The position numbers were made by a program, and so were the translations under genes. A DNA stretch of 63,582 bases, counting the filler, from Kipferlia bialata (lineage: Eukaryota): NCBI GenBank assembly GCA_003568945.1. It is 6 parts of 6 records of this genome, joined end to end, with 100 filler letters (N's around TTAATTAATTAA, not from the genome) between each part and the next. Parts side by side here need not be neighbours in the genome. Positions count along the whole stretch, not along the records: positions 1 to 14,496 come from BDIP01000810.1; positions 14,597 to 29,086 come from BDIP01000811.1; 4 more parts are not named here. The stretch is one strand, 5' to 3'. Positions 14,440 through 28,652 of this stretch are shown here, piece by piece; position 1 is the first letter of the stretch; each line of letters starts with the position of its first letter. The notes beneath the pieces were generated by a model. That model had not been told where the DNA came from and did not search any database. It was given only the letters and a program-made list of their open reading frames with translations.

Positions 14440-14440
<1 letters not shown>
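11010..14440 (-). CDS. Metallo-beta-lactamase-fold hydrolase (prokaryote-like GHAxHH / FTGD / PxQFDP type), 5'-partial
   Basis: Minus-strand exons give [50 protein letters not shown] and end ...[13 protein letters not shown] (TGA at 11012-11010). The HxHxDH motif would lie beyond the contig end. Confidence 0.75.
12050..12107. repeat. Intronic 10-bp tandem repeat (GATAAGATAC)n, about 5-6 units
   Basis: Read directly from the sequence. Confidence 0.85.
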
Positions 14441-14496
<56 letters not shown>

Positions 14497-14596
14497 NNNN
14501 NNNNNNNNNNNNNNNNNNNNNNNNNNNNNNNNNNNNNNNNTTAATTAATTAANNNNNNNNNNNNNNNNNNNNNNNNNNNNNNNNNNNNNNNNNNNN
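14497..14596. other. Artificial contig linker (N44-TTAATTAATTAA-N44)
   Basis: Exactly 100 bp, carries stops in all six frames, and recurs identically five times in the window. Confidence 0.97.
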
Positions 14597-14797
14597 TTGG
14601 TGTTCATGGGGGATCTTCTGCCCCCCCCCCCCCCTTCCCCCCTCTCTCGCGTATTCCTGTCTCTCTCTGTCTCACTAAATGCATCATTCTCACCCCAGCC
14701 ACACATATCTCAATTCAATATTCAATAAGGACATTCTCTCTCTATCCTCACCTCTTCCACCCCCCATCCCTTTCTCTCTCCCCCCCTCCCACCCCAG

Positions 14798-16736
14798 CCA
14801 CTGACCTGCTTGTGTTCATTGTGGACCTTGTGTGCATAGTTGTGGGCCTTGTCCAGATAAGGATACTCAACAGAGCGCGGAAGTACACACCCCTGCCCCT
14901 CTACATGACGATGTGAGGCTTCTAGATATTGTGTGTCTGATTGAGTGCACCCGACATCTCTATTCCCACACTGAGTACCGATATGCCGTGTGACCTCACT
15001 CCAGTGCCACATTCCTCGCCCTCTGCACCACCATCCTAGTCCTGTGTATCACTGTGCCTAATGCCAACTGTGCCTTTCCCTTTGGAGAGACGGTGGCTGC
15101 CGTGTACCTGCTGGTGTTCCTGGTAGAGGTATACAGACATATATACATATATATAGAATGAGTATGAATATATGTGTAGTATAACTCTCTATATTACTAT
15201 ATATATATTTGCCCCCACCCCCTCAACTCAGGCCTCCCACGGGTGTGTCTCCACCACCCTGCGTGTCTGCATCAACTGCACTGTGGTGATATCTGGACTG
15301 CTGGCGGGTGTCCTCCTACTCCTCAACGAGAGGGTCAGGGAGACCTGGGCCTGTCACGTCGACTACTACGCCACACCCTCTGCGGTGGGTATGGTCATAC
15401 TCTGCATAGTCATGTGGCGCTATAGCATCAGGGACGAGGCAGCCATGGCAGTCCAGGCACACCACATGGCGAGGTATGTATACGGGTATATACAGATATA
15501 TTGAAATAGTAGAATGTATATTGTAGTAGGTATTTGTTTACAACAGTGTATTTATCACACCCTCACCCTCAGAGCTATGCAGGCCGCCCTGGGCATGTTC
15601 TACTCATCCCTACCTAGGAGGACCAGACGATACGTCACAGACGCCATCCCGTCGGCCAAAGGTACTCGCTCTATGTAGTGTCTCTCTCTCTCTCCCCCCC
15701 CCCCTCTCTCTCTGCATATGTATACACCTAACCCTAAGGCACCTCCGAGCCTGTGCTTGAGACCATGACCCCCCTCGAGGCAGTGGGTGCCACCTTCAGT
15801 AGGGTGGGGGAGGCGGAGGGAGAGGGGGGGTACCACGCACACACACCTGGTAGCACAGGGGAGAGAGAGAGACTGGTCCATCTGAGGGAGGCCAGCCACC
15901 CCCATCCCCTGAGTGCCAATCTGAGCATCAGTAACCTCAGTATCAGCAGGCTGCACAGCATCAGTAACAGCTACAGCCACGAGATGGCACTCAGACAGAG
16001 CCCAGGTGTGTGTGTCTTTTTCCACATATATATATGCGTTCGTGTCCTCATTTCCATATATACTAATACCAATTCATATTACTACCCCCCTCCCCAACCC
16101 CCTAGGCATGATCACGACTGAGGACGAGTGTGTGATAGCCTTTGTGGGTGTGGTACAGTCAGCACACAGGGTGCCAGCGGTGGCATACATAAAGGTATAT
16201 ATACATGTATGAAAGTGCCCTATTGTTTACTCTATTGTGTAGTGTCTGACTTCAGGACCTTGTCACACTCATGAGGGCACTCGATAGAGTGATATGTGTC
16301 ACACCCGGGGTGGAGAAGGTACAAATTCACCATACTGTGTTTCAAACTGACTGTGTGAAGAGTCTCTCTCTATATTTGTATGTGTGTACAGTATACCCTA
16401 ACACCAGGTCAAGGGCATTGAGGGCGCTCTCATTGTGCGTATAGGTGCTGGTACCAAGGTACCTGAGAGGACGGGAGAGGGAGAGGGAGAGGGAGAGGCA
16501 TGGTCAGGGGACGAGGATCATGGAAGTGGGGAGGACCTCGATAGAAGAATGCTGAGATTCCACTGCAGGTACGTATATATGACTCCCCCGCCCCTCTCTC
16601 TCTCCATGCCTCTCTCCACCTCTCCCTTGCACTTCAGTATACTTCTCTACACGCATGCATCTTGACCCCCTTTTAACCCTGGGAGACAGTCAGCTTCAGC
16701 ACCCTACTATGCATCTCTCTCTCTCTCTCTCTCTCA

Positions 16737-16773
<37 letters not shown>

Positions 16774-17961
16774 GACCAACTCACCCTAGACAGATGATCA
16801 GGTTCAGCACCCTGTGTATCATGGCCGTGCATGTCCTCAAGGGGATGGGACACCCACTGGAGACCATAGAGGGGGTCAGGACAGGTATACTATGTGTGTA
16901 TGAGTTCAATAGTGTCTCTTTCAGAGTTGTTACAAACCTTACCCCTCCAGGCATTGCCTGTGGGAGTGTCACTGCTGGTGTCCTGGGCACATGTGAACTG
17001 ATGTTCGATGTGTTTGGAGACACAGTCAACACGGCAGCCAGGTATGTGTATACCTCGTCCCCTCCAATCACTCTCTCTCCACATTCTATCTCTCTCCCCT
17101 TCTCTAAACCCACACTGATGCATAAGGCCCTTTCTATCTCTCTCTCTCCCCCTTACTTACTGAAGTATATCCCTCTCTAACCCCAGGCTCATGCACAAGG
17201 CCTCCCCCTCCGAGACCCTTGTGACAGAGGAGGTGGCATCCCTGGGGTGCAACATCACGGACTACAGGGGGTGCCCATACCCCAGGCACAAGCAGATAGA
17301 GTATGTGCAGTCGGAGCCCATAGTCATGCACATCAAGGTAGGGTGAAACAGGATAGATTATATGATATATATACTCATCTCTTAAGTGGTTGCATCAATT
17401 GCTCTACTTTGGTAGTCTTCCTATATTATGGATACCCCCCTGTCTGACTGTAGGGCAAGGGTCTGTGTCCTGTCAGAAAGATATGCCACAGTCCACGACT
17501 CATACACCACAGGTAATGATATTATTACATACTATTATTACATATCTATCTATCTATATATATATACATATATGCACACACATATATATACATGATATTT
17601 ATAACAGTCATACACCACAGGTGGAACACATCCAGAAGTCTCCCTATATCACTCACTCTCCAGTGCCCGACACTGTTTGTTGCACATCGCTTGTGTGATA
17701 TATATATATATATAAATACTATGTATATCCTATATATATGTATAACCTCACCCCAGTGCCAGGCACTGCCAGGTGCATATTACCATACCACAGTATGTAT
17801 ACTATATATATATATACTATGATTATACACAGATTACTCCCTTTGTATGTACCTACCCTCACCCCAGTGCCAGACACTGCCAGGTGCACATGGAGGATGC
17901 CTTCAGAGACCTCAAGACACACACCTGCTGGACAGACTGGGTATGGACAGACACTCCCATT

Positions 17962-17997
<36 letters not shown>

Positions 17998-18522
17998 TGC
18001 ATAACAAGACACACACCTGCTGGACAGACTGGGTGAGGGCACACACACTCTATATACATATATACATATATACATATATATACATATTACAGTGTACCAG
18101 ACACACCCCTGCTGGACAGACTGGGTGAGGGCACACTCTCTCTTTATATATGCATATATATATTATATAACAGACACACAGGTGCTGGACAGACTGGGTA
18201 CGGACAGACACTCTTATTCTCTCTCTCTCTCTCTATATATATATTATATAACAGACACACACNNNNNNNNNNNNNNNNNNTCTCTCTCTATATATATATT
18301 ATATAACAGACACACACGTGCTGGACAGACTGGGTGAGGGCACTCTCTCTCTTTATATATATACATATGTATTCATCTCCTTTCAGTCAGATCATGACCG
18401 CGGACTCCTTCCATAGCAACAGTCTCTCTCTCTCTCTCTATCTCTCTATCTCTCTGTATAGGAGATTGATCTCCCTCTTCTAACTGTTAGATCATGACTG
18501 CCGACTCCTTCCATGGCACTAG

Positions 18523-18560
<38 letters not shown>

Positions 18561-18601
18561 TGTTAATGCAAATCCCTCTTCTAACTGTTAGATCATGACT
18601 G

Positions 18602-18637
<36 letters not shown>

Positions 18638-21600
18638 ATATATATATATATATAGACGCGTCTGACTCTCAGATCATGACGGCGGACTCCTTCCATGGCA
18701 CCATCAGGGGGTACGGGAGGTGGAACGACGCTGCTGACAGGAGAGAGAGAGAGGGAGACGACATGGGGGATAGGGAGGGAGAGAGGGACGCAGAGGAGAG
18801 GTCTGTCCACTCACATGTCACAGGGGACCAAGGGTCAGATGTTGCAGAAGTAGAGACACCACCCACAGTCGATAGAATGTCGTCTTCCATCCTGCCTGTG
18901 CCATGGGACGTTATCAATGCAAGGTGGGAATACTCAGTGTATGAGTATAGTAGTGTCCCCCCTTCACACTCCCTCACCACCAGCTTCGAGAGTCCCCCCC
19001 ACCCCAGCAACCTCGACCCCATCCCTGTTACGAGTAGATGCAACTCATCGTGTAGCTCCAGCTCACCAACTACACCCTCAAAGGACACCCGACCCCACAG
19101 AGAGGCCTATATAGACCTCTACACCCCACCCCTACTACCTATGCACCTGGGGAGGGGGGATGCATCAGAGACGTCTGATACAGCCAGTAGTGACATGGAC
19201 GTCCCACACCTTATGGTGAACAGGGCACACTCCTTGTCACACTCCTTGTCACAGAGGGGCAGTGTGGGTATGCAGCATGTCACACGTGGTAGGGGGGTAC
19301 CTGAGTTGACACAGTCACTCCTCCCTAGGACCAGATCCACCATACTGCAGAGAATGCACTCGCTGAGGTGTGGCCCCGATATGGATACTTACAATAGTAC
19401 TTATAGGTGTGTAAGTGTCTGTGATATATATGTTGTCTCACTCCCCAGTGCCCTTCAGCCAGCCATGCCTGAGTCTGTGCCTGCTAGGCCTAAGAGACTG
19501 GCATTCAACTTCTCTCTGCCTGTACCCGCCCTCTTGAGGTCATTCAGCAGGTACAGGGTGACTACGTCATTAGCATCTATACTATACTATCTATACTATA
19601 CTGTCTATGCTATCTGTATAATACTATACAGAGAATATACGTATACTAATCTCCAGTCCTGGCATAGAGGGTGTCTCCCCCCTTGCCATCAACCGACTGG
19701 ACAGCATGATAGACAGTGTGGGGAGGGACCCCAGCCACACGCAGATCAGCACAGACGTGTACAGGTGTGCACACATAGAGTGTGAGAGTACTATCATCTA
19801 TTGGGAAATGTTATGTGCATTTATGGATCTGACCCCCCAGGGAGTGTGACGACACTGCGTCTGAGCCCACTCTGACACCACCAAGGTGAGGCTATACATG
19901 CATATAGGCAGTATAGTAGTTGAACTCGTGAGTGCGTTTGTTGTCTATGTACAGTGTCTTTGTCACAGTATGTCCTAACCCCCCAGGTCTGAGTGTTCAG
20001 AGGATGGGGACCAGTGCCTCACACCCATTGGGCAGAGGACGGCTGGACTGAGGTATCGATGCTGCTTGAATGCTCTCTCTCTCAATCGCGTAGATATGTC
20101 TCCCTAACTATGAAGGATGCAGAGTGCCCCTACCCTTGTCTCTCTGAGGGGCAGTCCCTTTGCAGACACAGCACCACTCTCTCCAGAAGACAGGGATGCC
20201 CTGCTCGCAGCTGTACCAGGTACCGCGTTATCTCTCTCTCTCTCTGTCTCTGTTGACTCAAGGTATCTATCTTGTCTTAGGTATCTCGCCCTCCCTACCC
20301 GTCTCTGCCTCACCCTCTTACCCCTAGACACCCTCGACAACCACACCCGGTCCACCATCCATCTAGACATGGCATGCATGGACAGGGGAGGGTGTGACAC
20401 TGACTCAGAGGGGTACTCGTCCGAGGGGTACAGCGACCATGGTAGGAGGTAGGGATCCCTCATTGAGATACATGTAGCCATACCTATATATCACTACACT
20501 GACACCCAGGTGCAACAACGAGAGTGTCCCGATGGGCCATGCAGACAGTGAGAGTGGGTGGGAGGAGTCGACATCAGTGGTGGTCAGTAGGAGGGTGAGG
20601 GAGAGGGAGAGGGAGAGAGAGACCAAGGGAGACACAGTGACCTTTGACTGCATACCGGAAGATGTCAGTGCTCCTATTGTGCATGAGGAGTACCCCAGTG
20701 GTATGGCAATGTACCCAGAGGAAGGGGGGAAGGGTGACACACCGGGTACCTCTGCCCAGAGCGTACCTAAACAGATACCCTGCCAGGCACCTCCACCCAG
20801 CACTGTGGCAGCCAGTCCATACGCACAGGACAGGTGGGGTGTGGAATGTATAGTATATACTATATGTAGATTTCTCATACTGACCCTAACCCTCCAGACA
20901 GCCCTCCGCCCCGACCCACCCCTCCAAGATACAGGACATGGAGAGCATACTGCTAGAGCACCTGGAGGCAATGTACGTCAGCGTGGCTGTGGACACACCC
21001 CTGCACAGGTGGGTATGAATATATGTATTTACATACACACATGTGTGTGCGTGTGGTGTTCACTTGTAACCCCAGGCTTGTGTCCCTGACCAGAAGGCAT
21101 GCCTATGGGACACCCATCAAGACTATCAAGGGTAGGAGAGGGAGAGAGAGAGAGGCTCTCTCCAACAGAGAGGTGCTGGGGGATGTGTGCCAGGCAATAC
21201 CCCAGATTATCAAGGTGGGAATATTGGAGTATATAATTATATGTATTCATCCCTCTCAGTGGATGTGTTCATAACAATGCCTGAGGTAGTCTAGTGGTGG
21301 GGAGGGGGTATTTGGTACTGTGTAGGGTGTATTGACTGATCTTGGACACCACAATTTCCTTGTCCCTGCCAGTAGATGTACGTATTGCGTGCCCTTTGAA
21401 CCCCCTTACCCCATCTAGTACTGGAAAAGTGGGTATTGGTTACAGTGTATTCTATAGTGAGTGATCCTGTAATGTTAACTATCTCTCTATGAGTGCTGGT
21501 TCATCGCTTACCACAGCTAGTACTGGACAAGGCCTCCCGTCGCAACCTCTTTGGCATATTCCACAGCGTCAAAAAGCTCAAGGTATGGATGTAGTGTCTA

Positions 21601-24600
21601 TATATATACATAAATGTCTATATATATAACTGTATGTCACCCCCTCACCCCAGACCCACATGTGGACTGTGCTGTTCATTGTATAATGGATATACATGTG
21701 CATGTGTATATATGCGTATATATGATGTATATAACTATGAATGCCATAGCATCCACCCCCAGACCCACATGTGGACTGTCCTCTTCATGTCCATCTTCCA
21801 GATATGCGTCATCATCCCGACCCTGGACCCCGACTACCAACGGGAGCTGGTACGGTACATCTCTCCCTCTCTCTCTCTCTCTCTCTCTATTATCACCACA
21901 TACTTCTCACCCTCCAGTATGAGTTAGCCAATGGCAACACCCGCCTCCTCTCCCTCCTAGACGTGTACCTGGTGGCTAAGTGGGCTTACTTTTTTGTCAT
22001 GGCGGTATGTATCTCTCTCTCCCTCTCTCTCTCTTCATCTCTTAGTGTATCAGTATATCTCAGTCTTTCTCGTCTTCTTATTGGTTCATTTGTATATCGT
22101 GTCCTCACCAAAGCTGAGGCTGGTCGTGTACACATACGCACTTGCCAAGTGCCGTCAGTTCGCATTTAGGGTCATGAAAAAGGTAGGCAGTAACATAAGA
22201 ACGCCTACAATTATGGTGTCTAACACATTTCAATGAGAAGTGACCGAACATTCAACTATGGTGAAATACTTGGGAACTCTTCTATTCGTTTTGCCTCCAC
22301 CGAAGAGTGTATGTATGTGGTTTTGCACTTTGCAGTATAGGTATATTGAATCATATATATACAGCAATAGGTATATATGCTCACGATCTGTGTGCCTGAC
22401 CCCAGGTGATGGGCTTCATGTACAGGGATGCAAGTGAGGCAGAGGGTGATACAGATACCGAGTCCAACGGGATGAAGGGCCAAGTGATCAAGGTCGGTGC
22501 TCGGTCCCATTTCATATTATAGAATACTCTCTCTTGTCTTATACATCCTATGGTGTGGATGCCTCCCCCCCCCAACCCCAGTCTGTCCCCCTCTTCACCT
22601 TCGTCATAGTCAACATGAGAGTCATCCTGCAGATGTGCGTGGGTGTAGCCGACCTGACCTGTGTACTGTGTCTGCTACTGATGAGGATGGAAGTCAGCAA
22701 TAGCAACGTCATCACACCCTACCTCAACAACCTGACTTGGGTACGGGCATCGCGTAGGAATAGGGTTGTCGTGTAGGATCTTTCTGTGGATGGCACTGTC
22801 TGTATCCTGTATATTCATCTGCTTCCTCGCCAAGTATTCGGCCTTCAGTTTGGAACCCCACTCTCCTTCTCTATCTCTCTAAGTCTATACCTTTTAGTGA
22901 TGACGGCAAAGCCCCGTATATGTACATTCCATACACTCATCCCAGATCTTCAGGAACCTTGGGACCAACGAGGCCTTTCTCTCCATGTTTGGAGTGAGTG
23001 CCGTGGACTCAGTCCCAACCCTACTCCTGCAGCTCATGGTTGGGATACCCCTGTCGTACGTGTAGTCTATATGTACATTAGACAAAGCCACATCCTTTCT
23101 TCACACATCATCCTCCTCCCCTTCACCTTCAGATGCTTTGTGGTCACTGTGTTCAAGCAGAGTTCCTTCCTGCACCTTACACACACTTCGGTGTGTCTGT
23201 ATGCACTGCTCCAGTCCGTCATGCAGGTATTGTACCTCTACTCAAGTCTCTCAAGATGTTGTCTTCATGATACCTATCACTCTCTCACTCCTGCTCCAGT
23301 CAGTCATGCAGGCATAATCTCTCTCTTCTTCCACTTGGTATACTCTATGGTGTAATAGTGCCTCCATGACATGTGTACACTGTTATCATCCACTCTCTAC
23401 ACGTATCACATATACATACCAACCCCAGGTTGTCTACATGTATGCGGGTGTCTTCTCCCTGATATCTATATCTCACTCTCCCATACTCTCTCTTATCCAG
23501 GTTGTCTACATGTATGCGGGTGTCTTCTCTCTGATATATATAGAGTATATATATCTATATCTCTCTCTCCTATACTCTCTCTCTCTTATCCAGGTCGTGT
23601 ACATGTATGCGGGTGTCTTCTTCATGTCTGAGGCAGTGGCCGCCAAGGTGCTAGTGTCTAGGGTGGCGTCGGGGAGGTTCTTCAACAGGTGATGGATGTG
23701 CCTCATATATATTTAGCCAATGTATGTGTATACAAGTACAGTATACACTCACACCCAGACTCCTGACCCCTGTCGCTGCCCAGACCAGTGGTCTCTTTGC
23801 AGCTGGGGGCGTGTCCCCACACCAGGCAGCATCGCTGGTCAGGTAGGACACATACTCTCTTGTCACCTCTTTGTCTCACTATACTCACATATATATACAT
23901 ACATACACCCTTGGGGAGAAGCATAGCCACATATCTCTCCATATCCTATGTCTTATCTGTGTATACAAGTATAGATGTATATACGAGTGTATATTGTATA
24001 TGTATAATGCATCTACCTCACTCCCAGGACCCTTGAGGAGAAGCACATGTATATATGTATATATGTATATACGTATAACTGGTGTATGTGTGTATACTGT
24101 ATATATACTAACTACCAGGACCCTTGAGGAGAAGCACATGTATATACGTATATATGGTATGTGTATACTGTATCTATACTTACTGTCAGGACCCTTGAGG
24201 AGAAGCACATGGCCACACAACTAGAGGACTCCATGCTGTCATCACTCTTCTATGACCAGGTATACTACATACATAGATGTATTCTATAAATATACTTTCA
24301 TGTGCTGAGATATTTATTGCATTTGCAGTGTATATCAGTGTTTATGTATATATATGTGTATACAGTACCCCTCACCCTCCAGATCAAGATCAAGGCTGCC
24401 CCTGTCCAGTCTTTGCAGTATCTACAATGTCAGTATTCATATATATATCCATGAGTTACTGTATAATCACACCTTACACTGTAGATCAAGATCAAGGCGG
24501 CCCCTGTCCTGTCTAGCGTCAGACACAGACACACCCCAGAGACACAGCACACAGAGAGGTACGAATATACTAATATCATATGCTATATATATATTAACAC

Positions 24601-27207
24601 CATATGTACTCTTGATGAGACACAGCAGACTGAGAGGTGTGTAGTGACTGTAGTATTATTCTTGACTATAGTATAGGTTTAGTTCTTATGTATATACCTC
24701 CCCCTCATCTGACCCCCAGCTTCATGAACAGCATGTACTCCAGAGGTAGACAGAGGGAGGCCTCTGCCATGTGCCAGCCTAGTGACACATGTACACCTGC
24801 GACACCTTCTACACTAGAGGATACTAGTGCACAAGGGGTTGATGATGCGGCGATTGTGGTGCACACGAGACAGCTCACCTCCCTGCTGAGGTCATGGTAC
24901 CCGACTCTCTTCCCAGCCCCCACCCCCGAGCCAGGCATTGCCCCCGTTCACTCCATGCAGCGCCTTCCCTCCATAGCGGGGCTGTCCCTACTCGATCGGC
25001 GTGTATCGTGTAGGGTGGAGGACCTTGTCACCACTTCCTACACCTCTGACGCAGACACTGAGCCACGCAGGGTGGACCCCCCCTCCCCTCCCCCTGCCCA
25101 CATACCCCCAGGGGTGGATGTCAGTGTGCCAGTCAACTACGCGTCGGAGGTGTGTGTAATAATGTGCAGTGTACTATTGGTATTCGTGGATCAAAGACCT
25201 GATTGATTGACCATACTCTCTGTACACTGACCCCAGGAAGAGATCAGTGACATGAGGCAGGCAGAGATTGAGTTCTTCCCCCTGATGGTCTACACAAAGC
25301 TCGACATATGTGGCTTTACCAAGTAAGTACACACTATATATACTTATAGTATGTATGTATACATATATTATCTATACTGACACTGATGCTGATTGAGTTC
25401 TTCCCCCTGATGGAGTATTGCAAGCTGGACATATGTGGGTTCACAAAGTGAGTGTTGTAGAGTATTTAGTAGAGTACATATGTATATCTATCTATATATA
25501 TATATATATTCCAAGCTCGACATCTGTGGGTTCACAAAGTGAGTGAGGGTTTGATTGCAGTGGTACTCATTGCCGAGTAGAGACGATACCACCGGTCACG
25601 TACTGATGTCTGTGTCTGTGACTCTCTCTCTACATGTATACCAACCCCCAGGTACTGCACCGACCATGGGTCAGAGGTTGTCCCCTTGCTCAACCTCCTC
25701 TTCACAGCACTGGATGAGGTACTGGCATAGTATCACTATTAGATGGTTCTATTTCATTTACTGAGGTACTGGTTATCAGTATCAGTATCCATTATTATAT
25801 AATATCTCTACTATCGGATACTCATACTATTGCTTTATCTATTTAGTGATACTATTACTCTCTCTATGTACACTGATGCTATTACTGTATCTGTTACTGA
25901 TCCTTATACCTAGGTGCTGGCCAAGTACTCTGCCAGTGGCATCATCAAGGTCAAGACAATAGGGGACGCATACGAGGTATGTATGCAAACACATATGTAA
26001 AACTGTGTAAAACGTTCATCATGGGACATGCTCTTCTTCAACCCACCGCTGTGTATTGTGTCCTGTGACTCTCTGTCACAGAGAGTCTCTGTGTCGACCT
26101 ATACATGTATATGTTTGTTGATATATATTGATACACACACCCTCACCCCAGGCCATGCTTCCCTTCAGCCCCACCCACCTCAAGTGTGCATCGGTCTCAT
26201 CCATCATAGAGGGCGTGGCTGCAATGGCTAAGGTGTGTGTATGCATGCATGATATACAGTGCGTATACATACACCTCTCCCTCTCCCTCCCCCTCAGGCT
26301 GCCAGTGAGTTCCAGAGCGTCGCACTCCGTATATTCTCCAGCCTACAGGTCGACCTATCTGTCAGGTACGAGACCAGTATTACATACATGTATGTAGATT
26401 ATGTGACCATAAGCACCCCATATGCTATACACTATGTACTCTCTGTGCTTTTACCCCAGGTGTGGAGTGGGAATGGGCCCTGCCTTTGCAGCAGTACTCG
26501 GGAGGTGAGTCTTATACGGACCAGCGTGTAATTGATCCTCTCTGAACTACACCATTGTATGTCCGATTGCAGCATCCATATTACGTAACATACATTCGGA
26601 TAAGTGGCCAACCGTGTCTCCTATGACATCGGTATGTCTTTAGTGATAGTAATAACGTCATACGTCACATATGTCTAACCCCCAGGATCCGTGTCTCCTA
26701 TGACGTTGTGGGAAGAGCCCCCTCTACAGCCAGGACCATGGAGGGACTCTCTCCTCTAGGGTACGGGCTACTATAGATACACTAGTGGTACTTACCCACT
26801 CATTTCAACCCCCCTGACCCCAAAGATGTGTCACTGTCTCCCTGCCTGTCTATGAACTGCTGTGCACTGACCCCACCCTCCACTTTGGCAGCTATGTCAC
26901 GCCCATGACCAATACCCAGAACATAGAGGACAGGGCTAGCAGTGCCCTACTTGATACTGCATCTGAGATGGTGAGGGAGAGAGTGGCTGCACAGAGGCAA
27001 GGAGACTCTGACTTTGAAGCGACTCTACTGCTGAACCATGCAGTGCTGAGGTCTGTGAGTGGGTCAAATGGGGGCACACCACCCACAGTGACAGAGTGGT
27101 TCGAGAGAGACCACCTCACGGCCCTTCCCTTACTGCACATGCACGAGAGAGAGGGTAGTATGGACAAGGGGACAGTGGGGGTGGTCCTGGAGGGAGTGTC
27201 TCTGTAG
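14798..27207 (+). CDS. Membrane-bound class III nucleotide cyclase (probable adenylyl cyclase), TM-C1-linker-TM-C2 architecture, 5'-partial
   Basis: Hydrophobic exons at 14798-15470. C1 exons: GVEK|VKGIEG and GIACGSVTAGVLGTCELMFDVFGDTVNTAAR|LM (16951-17041). Second hydrophobic block at about 21760-23690. C2 exons: KLDICGFTK (25237-25322), IKVKTIGDAYE, VR|CGVGMGPAFAAVLG and YDVVG. TAG at 27205-27207. That this is a single gene is inferred from an unbroken + strand exon chain. Confidence 0.8.
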
Positions 27208-27508
27208 TGATAACAGTGTAACCTGTGTTACTGCATCAGGGACTGGGCTCTCTCTTCATCTATTGCCTATCAATCAATCAATCAATCAATCAAGACATCC
27301 AACCAGGGAGTCTTTCGGTATTACCATATGTATCATACATACCTAGCATACCAACTTGTATTCATGTATATTACCATACTGTGCCAAATAGATACAAGTT
27401 TACATATCGATTGATTGCCTGAGTATTACCATTGCGACTCTCCATATCACAATGCCACTATGATCACCCCCCCTCCCCCCAATTGGGGGGTATCACTTTG
27501 CCCACACT

Positions 27509-28652
27509 CTACACGATGTCCTTATTGAACCGTAGCACGGTCCCGGGAGCACCCTCTGTCTCAACCACCACTGTACATGCATCAGAGAACACGTACTTCT
27601 GCTGGGGTACGTGGTATATCAGCTCCTCCACCTTACCCCACTGGTGCCACTGGCATGTGTGTGTATCGTATGCAGCTACCCTGTATGCATAGTCTATCCC
27701 AGTCCTAGTCAGCTCAGACACAACGTAGAACAGGAGGAGGTGCCGACCCATGGGGTGGAGGGGGGTGTTCTGGTGTTATATACAGATATGGACCCACAGA
27801 TTCAAAGATTTACACGGCATATAGTATGAAAATGAATGTATATATATAGATGCACTCACAAGGTTGTCATGGCCAAAGTTCTTGGTGAACTCTGACTCCA
27901 CCACCCACCCTGCCCTGGGTGTGTATGTGTACATACAGTCATAGACTAGGCCATATGCCTTGTCACCCATCTGCACTAGGGTCATACGGTTTAGACACTC
28001 ATGGGTGCTGTGGGGTAGAAGTGTCCACCCATCGCTAGGGGTGGATGGGTCCAAAGACCACATGTCAGAGGGGCTGGGGGTGAGGGAGAGGGGGGGGGGG
28101 CTGTCGGGTAAGAGAGAGACGTGCAGTATACTGCAGTCCATATCACGTCCGCACACAGATGTATACCCACTGTATACCCATTGTGTACACTCACCTAGTG
28201 ACCAATACCAGCCGTCCCTCCATGTATAGTAGCACCTGATACCCTGACAGATTGGGCACACTGTTCCACCCTGACAGATTGGGCACACTGTTCCACCCAG
28301 TGGCACCGATCTCCTCAACATCCCAGGTGTGTGTCTGTATGTCCAGGGAGACTAGGGTGCCACTCTCTCCCTCAGGCACCAGGAAGTATACCCTGCCCCC
28401 TGCCCTCACCCCTGGGTACACTGTCTCAGTGTCTAGTAAGGTATGGCCAGGGGTGCCTGGTGCAGGTGTCACGTCCACTCTCTCCAGCCCCCCCTCCGGC
28501 TGTAGGGTCACTAGGGTGATCACTGACCCACCCTCAGTCTGACACCTCTCTAGGATACGGCCATCCCCAAGCTGTATAAGGGTGGAACGACCCCCGACAC
28601 TTCCAGGGTAGGGATCGGTGGGGGTGGAAGTGTAGTACACTGGCTCAGACAT
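27509..28652 (-). CDS. Hypothetical kelch/beta-propeller-like protein, 3 exons
   Basis: ATG at 28652 (MSEPVYY...). Contains GGRVYFL...SLDIQTHTW, MWSLDP...GWTLLP and VAAYDTHTCQWHQWG; stop at 27509. Has an in-frame 27-nt tandem duplication (GWNSVPNLS x2) near 28243-28298. Confidence 0.55.

Noticed and set aside
14541..14552. TTAATTAATTAA motif recurring five times
   Set aside because: Always centred in exactly 100 bp of N padding: an artificial six-frame-stop linker.
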